A DNA stretch of 61,853 bases, filler included, from Porpidia crustulata (lineage: Eukaryota), in the NCBI GenBank assembly GCA_964255105.1. It is 9 parts of 9 records of this genome, joined end to end, with 100 filler letters (N's around TTAATTAATTAA, not from the genome) between each part and the next. Parts side by side here need not be neighbours in the genome. Positions count along the whole stretch, not along the records: positions 34,498 to 41,276 come from CAXUWE010001460.1; positions 41,377 to 48,149 come from CAXUWE010001461.1; positions 48,250 to 55,008 come from CAXUWE010001462.1; 6 more parts are not named here. One strand, written 5' to 3'. Positions 38,832-49,789 of this stretch are shown piece by piece. The notes beneath the pieces were generated by a model. The model searched no databases and was not told where the DNA came from. It saw only the letters and a list, made by a program, of their open reading frames with translations. Every line of letters begins with the position of its first letter. Positions within the stretch are counted from its first letter, which is position 1. The translations under genes and the position numbers were made by a program.

Positions 38832-40146
38832 ATGGCCTTACCTCCGTCCGGACCCTCCTTTTGTGAAGGTCTGCCATCACAAAACCTCTGTGTTTGCGAC
38901 TCTCATTACGGAAACCAGCTCAATGAGTATGAATGTGGTCAGGCAGTGGCCAAGGTCCGAGACTTGCCCTTCTCCAATCGCAGTCCACCCTGGTCTACCC
39001 AGGAAGGTTGGTTGTGGACGATATTAATCCATCACTCTGAATTGGGTCAGTAATATAGATCATGGTAGGAAATTGCTTCGTCACTATAGAACTAGCAGGA
39101 CCAAGTCCGGAGCCCATCGACCTCGCAGGAAGTGAGGAGATTGTACAATTCATGGCATCATCTCTATTGCGTATCTGCATCAAAGACCAAGGCTTGGGTG
39201 GCTTCCTCACAGCTTTTCTGTCAAGGCTGATGGGCTGGGCATTAGACCCTACGGCAGATATGAACGCTGCCATCAGGGTACGCGGTTTAGACTATGGGTT
39301 GTCAGTAGTTCCTCGTAAAAACTCTCGATCCACGCTATACCTCAAACACAATGCGCTGATATAGATGGAACAGCTCCAAACGCTTCATTCGTCACCGTCA
39401 CTATTCATGGACCTAACGAGAAGACTTTTTCACCGGGCAACACCGACCCTAAAATCGCTCAGCTGATATCATCCAAATTGGAAGAGCAATGGAAAATTAC
39501 TACGCCATGGACCTCGAGGTGGTCCTTACTCATGGATGGCTCAAATACATTACTTTCCAGAGCTGCGTCTATGGTGCCTGGGGGCACAGAAACTTGGTTT
39601 CGTCCGGACCCACGGCCTAACAACAAGATGGACTATGATTGCGACCCCAAGCTGGGTAGTCCTCTGGCAATTGACTGCTCTCAACTTGTGCAAACCCCTG
39701 TGCAAGACATGATGGTTCGCCCTGGCGATACAGCTTTTATTGTGTTGAAGACATGTTCCGTTGCAATATCCGTAGCTACGGTAGCGACGGACGCGATCTC
39801 CATCACGTGGCCGCAGATCCGAGCGGCTCTCGATCTCCTTATTAATGGCTGCGTGGGGTTGAGCTCGGGCACTGCCTATGGTGGCAGAGCTCATGGTGGT
39901 CTTTCACTGCACTTTAATAGTGGCCATCTGAAGGACAAGCGCAATAGCAGCGATTCTAGTGCTAAAAGCACGGCAGATAGGCCGATTGGTCAAAGCATAG
40001 ACCTCGGTGCTCTTCCCCCAAATGTCAACGTTACGGTTTTCGAACAAACAGCAGCTTTCACTACGTATGCTGCTGAACGCCGAAGCTGTCCGTGGCGGGC
40101 CATACAGAACGGTGATGACGTAAAGCATTGCTTACAGGAGCTCTGA
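38832..40146 (+). CDS. Hypothetical Cys-patterned, probably secreted protein with two similar small domains; multi-exon, 5' end uncertain
   Basis: Domain 1: CDSHYGNQLNEYECGQAV...GNCFVTIEL...LLRICI..GLGGF. Domain 2: CDPKLGSPLAIDCSQL...TCSVAIS...LLINGCV...YGGRA. GT..AG introns with CTGA branch-like sites separate the ORF pieces. Confidence 0.6.
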
Positions 40147-40369
40147 CGAAGATATGGTACTAGCCACCCTATGTTGGAGTTGAAACCCCTAGGCACATGT
40201 CAATAGAGTATACTATCCGACACGCCGACTTCCACTTTCGTGTTGTCTCCGTACTTCTCTCTGGGAGGTGTACGAGACGTGAAGAGGGTGGATACTTGCT
40301 GAGATCAAGAAGAGACGGCTTCTCGGAATTGAGCTCAAGCACATAAAGTAAGACGCTAAAAGTTCTGTA

Positions 40370-40650
40370 ACGCCAAGCACACAGGATTCAAGCACACCAT
40401 ATCTAGGCACGCAGGAACAACAACACACAGGAACCAAAGCACACAGTACACAGAAACCATCGTACACAGGGACCAAGCCACACCAAAACCGACCACCCAC
40501 CCCAACACGAACTCTCCCCTTTACCAAATAACCAGCACAACTCAAGCCGGATCCTTCATCGTCGGACCCCAGAAGCACATACACGGCCAGATAACAAGCG
40601 CCGAGTATAAAAGCAACCAAGCACAAACCGCAACCAAGTACACAAAAACC
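40370..40650. repeat. Degenerate A/C-rich minisatellite
   Basis: Recurrent ~15-18-nt unit of the form (A)CCAAGCACACAGGA with variants (caagcacacagga, ggcacgcaggaa, caacacacaggaa, cgtacacaggga, caagtacacaaaa). Confidence 0.5.
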
Positions 40651-41193
40651 CTAGATACATATATATATATAGCTACCTTGAACCGAAAGTCCTCTTTAAC
40701 CCCTCACTGACCGAAGTGACGCCAACTGCTTGCACTCTTGCCTTACTGTATTGTGCCCCACTTCACCCATCCGCTCCTCTCTGCTCCCTCACTGCTTGCC
40801 CATCCATACTCACTCCCCCGTCTGACTCGCTCGTGCTCCCTTTCGGTACCCCTGTGCTCTTATAATACTCTCTGCACAGCAGCTATGCCCCCTTACTAGA
40901 ATAAATGCGGCAATTGACAATCCCAAATCGAGGGTGTGCTCTGTAAGTATAGATCCTGGACGCAAGGTTTACTAACTACCGTTGGTACAACTACCGTTGT
41001 CACTCTTGCGAGGCAAGCATCACCGATCAACGCATCCTCACCCTCGGCCAATTTTGTAAGCGCATCCCGACAGCGCTCCACGGCTAATTTGTAGCGAGCC
41101 ACCTCTATTCTAATGTGATTCCCGCCTCAATCGTTACTTGCAGTGGCTTTGCAGCCGGCTGAGATATGTAGGTAGCCAGCGGTTCGCTTGATC

Positions 41194-41276
41194 TATTCGT
41201 CCCCACCCCCCAACGGTCCGCCCCAATCAAAGCTAGTCAGTATAAATCTAAACCTAGGTGTGGTGGACCGTTGGGG
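41194..41276. mobile_element. Probable very short MITE, right end cut by the contig break
   Basis: TA then TTCGTCCCCACCCCCCAACGGTCCG. GGACCGTTGGGG at 41265-41276 is the perfect reverse complement of 41208-41219. Confidence 0.55.
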
Positions 41277-41376
41277 NNNNNNNNNNNNNNNNNNNNNNNN
41301 NNNNNNNNNNNNNNNNNNNNTTAATTAATTAANNNNNNNNNNNNNNNNNNNNNNNNNNNNNNNNNNNNNNNNNNNN
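41277..41376. other. Artificial contig spacer
   Basis: N44-TTAATTAATTAA-N44. Confidence 0.99.
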
Positions 41377-43064
41377 CATCTACACCTCCAACCCCTAGCA
41401 TTCTCATCCCAAATACCTCAAGGCCCTCGTAGACCGCTCTCTCTCTCAAATCATTTAATTCAGTCTTCCCTTTACCATCCATCTCACCCCGCTATTCTCT
41501 TACCAACACCGAAATGGTAGGAAGCGGATTCTTTCGTTCATCATATTGAGGACAGAAATGGGATGGAGGGAAGGAAGTCACAGACGAACAGGCGGTGAAA
41601 TACGTAAAGGTATAGCCACACGAAACAACAAATCTCCACTCCCAACAACCACCCTTACCGCAGCACCATCATCCATTCCATCCATTCCACCTCATCTCAT
41701 CGCCATTCCCTTCACACAACCGCAAGCAAGCAAGCATGCTAACCAACTCCATCCCATCAACCCATATGGCTATTGGATTCGCTTTTCAATTGATGATGAA
41801 CCTAGGTATATCTATGCTAGAGCGAAAAGCAGGAGAACGATGCCGAGTTTATGGTTAGATAGCGATGTATTATTTCTCGTAGCTTGATATGAGACAACTC
41901 AACTCCAACACATAAACTTTCTGGAATAACATCTAAAAGCCTAGTCATATCTCAATAATAGCGCCATGTGCTTTCCTATCTCTCTTGATGCTTTTGCTTG
42001 GTAGAACATTGTCCTTTGTGATCGGGAGTCTTGACAATACATAAGTTCCCTCTGTTTTCTTCCTTCGTTCGGTCAGGGACGTTGTGCTTGCTAGTTCAGC
42101 AGTGCATTTTACCTCATAATCGGCATCTTGGACAATACTTGTTTTTCTTATTTGTACTTTCCCCTTCGTTCAAGATCGTTGTCCTTGCTGCTTCAGTAGT
42201 ACACTCCACGTCACGACCCTCATTATGAACGATAGTCGTGTTTCCCATTTGTTTACTTCCTTCATTCAAGGATATCGTCCAAGGGCATCGTTCTCATTAG
42301 CGCGATCCTGGATCATAAAACCAGTCGTCTTTCGCTCCCTGTCCTTCATACATTCTTCTTCCTCACACATCAGATCAAGAATTCGCACACGACTCAAACT
42401 CAGAAATACCCACCTAAGCAAGCAATCTCCAAAACCATTCGAATACCGAGAGAAAAATATTCACGTCCTCCAAGCCGTGGTGGGACCAGCCCACTACATT
42501 CTATCTCGCTCTGAGGGCCGCCGAGCACAGAGGAACTGAGACCACCGAGGTCCTGATCTTCGAACTTGGAGGTCTCCCCTTACTCATAGTTCTCGTCTTA
42601 GCCCTTCCCCAATTCGCAAGGGGCCTTGGACTAGTACTGCGTATTCTAAGGTTAGTCCCTCGTTTCATCATCTGGATCTCAGATTCCACTGTAGACTGTC
42701 TCGTTGCATTAGCGGCCAAGCATCGGAATACCTTTTATTCATACGGAGCGGCAATCATCCAAAACGCTGGCCATTACCTGCAAGTCGTTTGGCAGGATAG
42801 TCGCCGCTGTCTGAAAAGACGATATAATCACTATCGGGCATCTGCAAATATTGAATCGGACTGCCGACAACCCCCAGTTAAGCTTTCAGCAGATTACGCT
42901 CCGAGGATATCCAAGTTTCAAGGCCAAGCTCCGGTAAGGACTCCCATCGAATTATCATGCGACCCATTAAGCCCAATAAGACTGCCACCAGATAGCTTCC
43001 GACATCCGGATTACATCTATGGGGACAATCCCAGAATCTCCCCGCTCAAGTTTCCATGTGATAG

Positions 43065-43676
43065 CCGGGGCTCGTTCAACTTTCCAGAGGATCCTTAGCA
43101 TACGCAAAAAGTCTGGAGGAGACTTCTCTACCATCCGAGGAGTCCTCAGCAGACGATGCTGACACAAGCTCTCAAGACATTGGAGAAGGAAGCATATCTC
43201 CCATGGACTCCGAATCAAGTACCGCAGAGACCTCCGAAGACGAAGATGAGCCCTCGCTCCCCTCACCGGAGCCATCTAATTTCTTTGAATTTCCGACAAG
43301 CCTCGGGGCTGCCTATCCTGTGACGTGCAGTGCCAAATCCACCGGTGATCGTGACCCATACCAAATTCAAGGGACTATTTACGCGCAGCAAGAAAGCGTG
43401 ATCGTTTTCATCTCCGAGCATGGATCCAAGTACAATATAACCATCAATTCGGGTTGCCATGAAATTCCGGGTTTGGAACCCGGCGTAAAGCCGTACGACA
43501 TTAGGTGCCAGATCATGCCCAAGGATGACAGTACCGTCGTTTTTGAAGGGCGATTCTTCCCAGTGATTGGCCGCTCGATATTTGCGCACCAGGCCAAACT
43601 CAAGACGTGGGATCTGGGGATGATCTCGAGAGTTTCGCAAGGGATGGGATTTGAATTAGGTGAGAGTCGTTTATAA
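43065..43676 (+). CDS. Hypothetical protein exon (acidic S/E/D tract followed by a globular-looking segment); gene limits unresolved
   Basis: The frame of ORF 43203-43676 is open back to a TAG at 43062-43064 (possible acceptor). Another ATG-less open frame spans about 42420-42937 upstream. Confidence 0.35.
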   Translation, partial: PGLVQLSRGSLAYAKSLEETSLPSEESSADDADTSSQDIGEGSISPMDSESSTAETSEDEDEPSLPSPEPSNFFEFPTSLGAAYPVTCSAKSTGDRDPYQIQGTIYAQQESVIVFISEHGSKYNITINSGCHEIPGLEPGVKPYDIRCQIMPKDDSTVVFEGRFFPVIGRSIFAHQAKLKTWDLGMISRVSQGMGFELGESRL

Positions 43677-44880
43677 ATATATGGTATTTCGTGCAATTGG
43701 TATGAAATCTCCATCTTATCCAATGCCCTGGTCTCATCGCAATTTTACTTTTCTGGCGCCTGGACAAGTCGATGCTTTTGATATGTATATAACCTGGACA
43801 TGTGTGGCTTCGTAGGCGACGTAGCGAAAGCAACGAGTGTAGGTTTCCGCTTACGCATGACGGAACTTCTATTTTCAACAATCAGGCTTCCTGCACAACC
43901 TTGTAAGAAATGGAAATGACTAGGAATTCTTGCAAAGTTGAACATAAACCGATTGCCCTGCATTATCAAAATGTAAGCCCGAACTGTGGAATTGAAACCC
44001 CCTCAAATAAACATATTTTAGCCTAATCTTAGGTATGATAGTCTTGCCGTTGCTGTAGATGATATGAAATGCTATGAACGTGGTTTTCAATTGCAGGTCC
44101 TGGGGATTCTGCTACTTGCTCTCTGGGTAAAATGATACACAATCGCTCAGCAATCTCTTAGCAAACTACCATTGCACGTTGAAAAAGAATGACAGATCTG
44201 TAGCTCTTTTTTTAAAAGGACATCATACCGTGTGACAAGCTGAGAAATAGAGTAGGAAAAGCACTGATTGGAACTTTGGCCAATAAACATTCGAGGTTCC
44301 TAGAGAAGTGTAGTAGCGGCCTCGCAATGCAAAAGGCCGGGCATTTGTCAATCCTGACCAATTTCCTGCAGAGTGAATACCCTGCTTCGCTACCAGCTCC
44401 TTTTGTCGTTGGAACAAAGATTTCTGGGGCTCGCCTCCGCACATTCTAGGAAGCTTGCCTAAAATGCGTTTCAGAGGGATTGAAATGGGACCATTGGATG
44501 TGCTTCGAAGTCGCCTCCTCTCAAATCCCGCACTGCATGAGCCCTCTTGGTTGTAAGCCCTTTTTCAAAAAGTCTTAATTGCCACTTCCGTGATACAACG
44601 CGTAGGAGTAATGAACGATGTAGGGACACACTTAGAATGGCAAAGTTGAGCTAAGAGGAAAGTAGTGCTATCCCAACGCGGAATGAAAGAAATGCCATAT
44701 AGGTGGAAGTAAGGGAGAATGCATATTGGAGATATGGGAGCTGATGAGGTATAATCTATTGAGCTGAAGGAGGCAGATTATCGATCGTGATATCTTCGCA
44801 TATCTGGAAGATCCTGCGTGCCGTGTCCCAGGGAGTATGTACAATAACGGACCCCGGAGGCACTGACACAATCTAAGTGC

Positions 44881-46102
44881 CTAGATACCTCTATTAAATT
44901 CAATCTTATTATCTTTACCTCCTCTATTCCAGAAGACTTCCTCTAATCTTCTTGCATCTAACGCTTGCCGTTGCGGAAATGCAGCCAGCGCGAGGGGTAA
45001 AGCGAAAATGGACGTCGTCAAAATGAGACCTAGATTTATGGGAAGTGTCAACTTAGGCCTCTGCTTAAGCCACTCTGTCCGCTGCAATCGAACCAATATG
45101 AGAGGTGGCAGCACCATGATGGGAGTGGAATTCAAGACCCGACTCAGCGCCGTCTCCGCTACGGCAATGGTTGCTGCCTTCTGGCTCTTTCCTAAGCTTT
45201 GTACTTCCTTGCCGTCCTTCTCCCTTTCAAGCTTTTCTTCCTCGCTCAGTACTGGGTAGACGTCAATTCCTTTCCGTATTTCTTCTCCTCGCATCAGGAA
45301 AACATTGAGTGCTCCCGCCGAAGCCACAGCTGCAAAAGGCACTAGGCGTGTGAGGACTAGCTTCTTTCCAGGTGAGATGTTTTTCAAGCGTGGGACGATT
45401 GCATTGAGGCCCAGTGCTATCGAGCATGAAGCTGACACAGCCAGGAAATAGGACTTGACCAATGTGGATGTGGAAAGAGGGGATGATTTGTTGGCATTCG
45501 CGCTATTGATAGCTACATTGAGTGACTGATTGGTGATTTGCCATGCAAGTGTACCCGTAGTCTACGATATATCAGTCATCGTCAAACTCAGAAACTCTTG
45601 TGAGCTACCTGAAGACCTGGCGTAAGCATGCCCGCCGTAACAACCAGGTTGGATATGACGAAGCACGACATGCGGAAAGGGAGAAATACTGGCTCTCTAG
45701 TGTCTTGCAAGTGTTAACTGGCGACGATTGAATAGCTCAGAGCGAAGCTTGTATACCTGGGTGCAGTGTTGAGTCCACAATCTTCTTGGCCTGCCATAGT
45801 TCTGGGGTCATCGACTGAATATGACCCTCCTTGTACGAGGATAAGAGGTTTTTTGCATTCTCAAGGCCCGCCGTAGACACGAAAAGGGTTCTGTAGCCGA
45901 CCTAATTAGCATTTAAATAAAAAAAGTAATGTGAAGAGGTAGAGCAATTGGTATACCTACCACACCAAAATATGGTGAGGCGGTCTTGTTCTCCTCACCT
46001 GGGATCTGCAATCTCTGCTGACTGCCGTACCCTTCCCAGATAGCTATTCAGATTATACTGAGAAGCGGGTAGCTGGCGATTTCCTGGAAGTGAGGCCGAC
46101 AT
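44881..46102 (-). CDS. FSF1: Sideroflexin (mitochondrial tricarboxylate/serine carrier family), 4 exons
   Basis: MSASLPGNRQLPASQYNLNSYLGRV, VDSTLHPDT, FLPFRMS, WQITNQSLNVAINSANANKS, RLVPFAAVASAGALNVFLMRGEE and FNRGI*. Confidence 0.93.
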
Positions 46103-46333
46103 GGCATTTTCGTCCGTCTTCTTTCAGGAGACGACGCTTCCCGATGTACGGGTGAGAATTGGCATGCTGGAGGGAAAAACTGATTCACTCAAATGAGATC
46201 TTGGTACGTCCAAGTGAATTTCTGCACGGTGAGGAAGCGGTGAAGTTGGCGCGGCGGGGATAAAGAACATTCTTGTCACAACACTTACGAGTATATTCGA
46301 TATAATTATTAGCGGCTCCCAATTTGTGAAATT

Positions 46334-46406
46334 GGCCGTGTGGCCTAATGGTTAAGGCGTTGGTTTTCGGCACCAAAGATTTCGCGTTCGAATCGCGACA
46401 TGGTCG
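46334..46406 (+). tRNA. tRNA-Arg (anticodon TCG), intronless
   Basis: Acceptor stem GGCCGTG/CATGGTC; D arm GCCTAATGGTTAAGGC; anticodon arm TTGGT-TTTCGGC-ACCAA; T arm TCGCG-TTCGAAT-CGCGA; oligo-T Pol III terminator immediately downstream. Confidence 0.95.
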
Positions 46407-46635
46407 GTGTTTTTTAATTTTTACCATCACCCATTTATATGAATCAATTTACGAACTTAAGAGCGAGGCATGCAAAATTTGAATGTTTACCATCAGACCA
46501 TTGCTGAGGCGAAAGGATTGAGTGTGCGGCCTAGCTAATTCTGAACTATTGCAGCGACGAATTCGATTTAGAAGCTCTATCTATTAACGATAAAGCAATG
46601 ACCATGAGCTTCGCCATCCAGATCCATACCAACGA

Positions 46636-47341
46636 TTAATCCTGTGTTGCACAGCCAGCGCCCACAGGACCCGGCTGCAGCACCGTCCTCTGATCGGTAT
46701 AGGTATACTCGGGGGACTCGTTCTCCGTGATCGCCTTGTACACCAATGCGGAATCCAACCAGGCGCGGACCTCGACGATGATGCCGTCGGTGTTCCAACG
46801 GGTGACCCAGTTGAATCTATTGTCGTATTTGAGACCTATTGGGGAAGCGGTCAGCGCTATATTTTTTCGGTTTGAAAGCTTTCGCTTGGTTCGTAAAGGG
46901 GAGGACAGGTCAGATGAGGAGAGATATAGGGAAGGAATTGTCACCATTTTTACAAACACCGAGTCCGTGCAACTCGTTTGAACTCCATTCCTCGTCTCCG
47001 CCGCCAACAATGCTAACAAGATCCAGCGTACCCGTACCGTTGATGATCGTATTGTCTAGCCGCATTACGGCATCTGCGAGAAAGATGGTTAGGTTGTGAT
47101 ATTCGCCGGCGAGAGGGTGGGTGCCCATGAGCGTCCAGTCGACATCGGGCGCTACCTGGGCGAAGAAAGCTTTGGGGTTGCCTTCGCTGAGGTTGTTGAA
47201 GAGTTGGGCAATTTGGCATTTGTTTGGGTATTTGGTGGTGGCTACGGTCTGGTTTCCAGAGCAGTATTTTTCTGGCGCGGAGATTGTGAGAGCTGGGATG
47301 GCTGCGGCAGCGATCAGGAGGATCTTGAAAGAGGAATTCAT
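46636..47341 (-). CDS. Secreted SnoaL/NTF2-like (ketosteroid-isomerase-like) protein; one intron
   Basis: Signal peptide MNSSFKILLIAAAAIPALT; FFAQVAPDVDWTLMGTHPLAGEY and GVCKNGLKYDNRFNWVTRW...IVEVRAWLDSALV. Confidence 0.85.
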
Positions 47342-48149
47342 TATGAGATTTGGGCAGTGGAAGAATGGGGATTGGATGTCGATTCAATCGAGATGGAAGT
47401 TCCTTCACTGAATCGTTCGTATACTGGTGTGGGTAGGTGTATAGAAAGGAGTTCAAGATGCGCTGGTAAATAATCTTCGGGCATTGTAGGACTTTATATA
47501 TTGAAGTATGAAGATAGATCAACTCCTCCACGCTACATCTTGTGAGATGGATCATTTTGACCCTTTGAACCATTTCGGGAAAAATTGTGCGTCGGCAATG
47601 TCATCTTTGAAGGGACATATTCACGGATCTTGATTTCACTTGACATCCTCAGCCGCAAGCATTGAAGGCTGATAACACAGAAAGAGTCCTGATCTGATGA
47701 TGAGGTCGTATTATCGTCCTTTGATTTCGGAGCTATCAGAATCAAAATGACGATGATGACCGTTCTACGAAAGGCATGACATTATTGCGCTAAACCTTTT
47801 CGGGTAACTTCTTGCGCTGTCAATTAAAAAAATACAGAAATAACGGCTGACTGCGCGTAATCAACCGCGTTAATCCCCCTTTTCCTACCCTTTTCCACCC
47901 CTTTCTCCCTTTTCAACGCTGATGAATCAGACCCATCAGCCCCTACAACTAAGTCCCGTAGCCATCCCCTACCCACCCCATACTACACCATACCATTCAT
48001 TCCTGTATCATCATAATTCAAAGCATCCGCCTCTTCCCTCCCCGAGGACCCCTGGTAACCTATCTTACATCTCACATCCCAAGCAAACCCTACCTATCCA
48101 AAACCCCCCCTCGAACTAGTTCGATCGCTACTCTAACGGATATCTATTC

Positions 48150-48249
48150 NNNNNNNNNNNNNNNNNNNNNNNNNNNNNNNNNNNNNNNNNNNNTTAATTA
48201 ATTAANNNNNNNNNNNNNNNNNNNNNNNNNNNNNNNNNNNNNNNNNNNN
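48150..48249. other. Artificial contig spacer
   Basis: N44-TTAATTAATTAA-N44. Confidence 0.99.
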
Positions 48250-48641
48250 GAGGAGGGGTGGGCGGAGCGGTTGTGATAGTCTTTGCATTGCGACGCTTGG
48301 CATTTGAGCGGTTGACTGGTGGAATTATTGTTGGAATTATGTATGTACGGGGCTGAAGATTAGATTACTACACCGCAAACTTTTCCTCGCCCAAGCACCT
48401 TCCAATTCTCCTCCTCAGCGCGCCGTTATTTCGGCACGATGCTTTTATATACGTGTCCAATCCCTCCGTCCCAACTTTCCTACGCCATTGCTTCTTCCAA
48501 ATTTCTCTCCTATTCCCCTCTCTGTTACCCATTTCCTTCCGATTCCGGCGCTTTCCGCTCGTGTATGCTTTTCCCGCGGAAGACAGGCAGGCGGTGGTTC
48601 TCTCGGCGTCCATCGATTAGTATGGGCTCGCGCGCGTCCAA

Positions 48642-49789
48642 TCAATGGAATTGCCCTGCGATACACGTGGACACGAGCAGCGTATCCGTGGTCCCGTCGG
48701 GCACCTCGCTGAGCACGTAGTCGGCGTTGAACGCGCCTACGTCCGATGGTCAGCTTTTTCTTCCTCCGTCACTCGCAGGGTCAAAATTAAAAAGGAAGGA
48801 AGGGAAGGGAAGCGACGCACCGGCAGCCCAACCGACCCAACCCAGATACACGTCGGCGTTGTTGTTCAGGTACGCCAGCTGCGAACACATGTACTGCACG
48901 CAGCTATCCGTGTTGCCGCCACCGGTCTCGGTGATGAAGGCCTGGCGGCCGACCTGCCGCAGCCAGTTGGCCTGGTACCCGAGGTTATCCGTCTGGTCGG
49001 TGACGCACTCCGGGTGGCCGCCCGAGGTATCCTGGTCCAGATACTGGTGCATCTCGAAGACAAGCTTGTCCTGGGAACCGTCCGGGTCGCGGACGTTGAG
49101 CAGGGCCGGGCCGGAGGAGGAATCGAAGCCGCCGACGGCGTCGGAGTTGGTGCCCGAGAGGAGGATGAGCTGGGAGGTGGCGCCGGCGGTGCGGATGGCG
49201 TTGACGGCGGCTTGGAGGGTGTCGGCCCAGATGCTGATGTCGAGGTCGTGGGGCTCGTTCATCAGGCCGAAGATGACGTTGGGCTCGCCGGCGTAGGCTT
49301 GGGCGAGCTGGGACCAGAGGGAGGCGAAGTCGTCGTTGGAGGGGCCGCCTTGGCCGATGATGTTGCCGTCCCAGCGGGCGTAGTTGTGGATGTCGATGAT
49401 GCAGTAGGCGCCGGTGGACAGGCAGGCTCGCACGATGTAGTCGTAGGTGGCGAAGAAGTCGGAGTCGAGCGGACCGCTGAGCACTCTGTTGACGAGGTAC
49501 TGCCAGCCGACGGGGAGGCGGAAGACATTGAGGCCGTCATCTCTGGTGAAATGGTTCATCTGATCCGGTCCCATGCTCGACGGACAGTATGTGCCACCGC
49601 AGGATCCCTATAGCATTATTAGAATTTTGGTCGAGAGAATGGAAATGGTATACTCCGGTTGCTGACATCAGTCTGGCAGCCAAAATCACACCCTGCAATG
49701 TTGACGCCTGCAAATCGAACCTTGGCCGTGGTGGTGGAGATGAAGAAAGCTGATGCTAGAAACGGGATGAGGGCAGTAAAACTCTTCAT
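48642..49789 (-). CDS. Secreted GH5 (subfamily 5-like) endo-beta-1,4-glucanase without CBM1, 3 exons
   Basis: Signal peptide; AGVNIAGCDFG, FRLPVGWQ, IDIHNYARW, FGLMNEPH (acid/base), EMHQYLD, ITETGGG (nucleophile) and GWVGWAAG. Confidence 0.93.

Noticed and set aside
45891..45998. Possible nested (stwintron-like) intron in sideroflexin intron 1 (internal GTAGGT and GCTAATTAG)
   Set aside because: A single GT..GCTAAT..CAG intron restores the frame; the outer intron would lack a good branch point.
48645..49613. 322-aa + strand ORF
   Set aside because: Antisense shadow of the high-GC3 GH5 exon.
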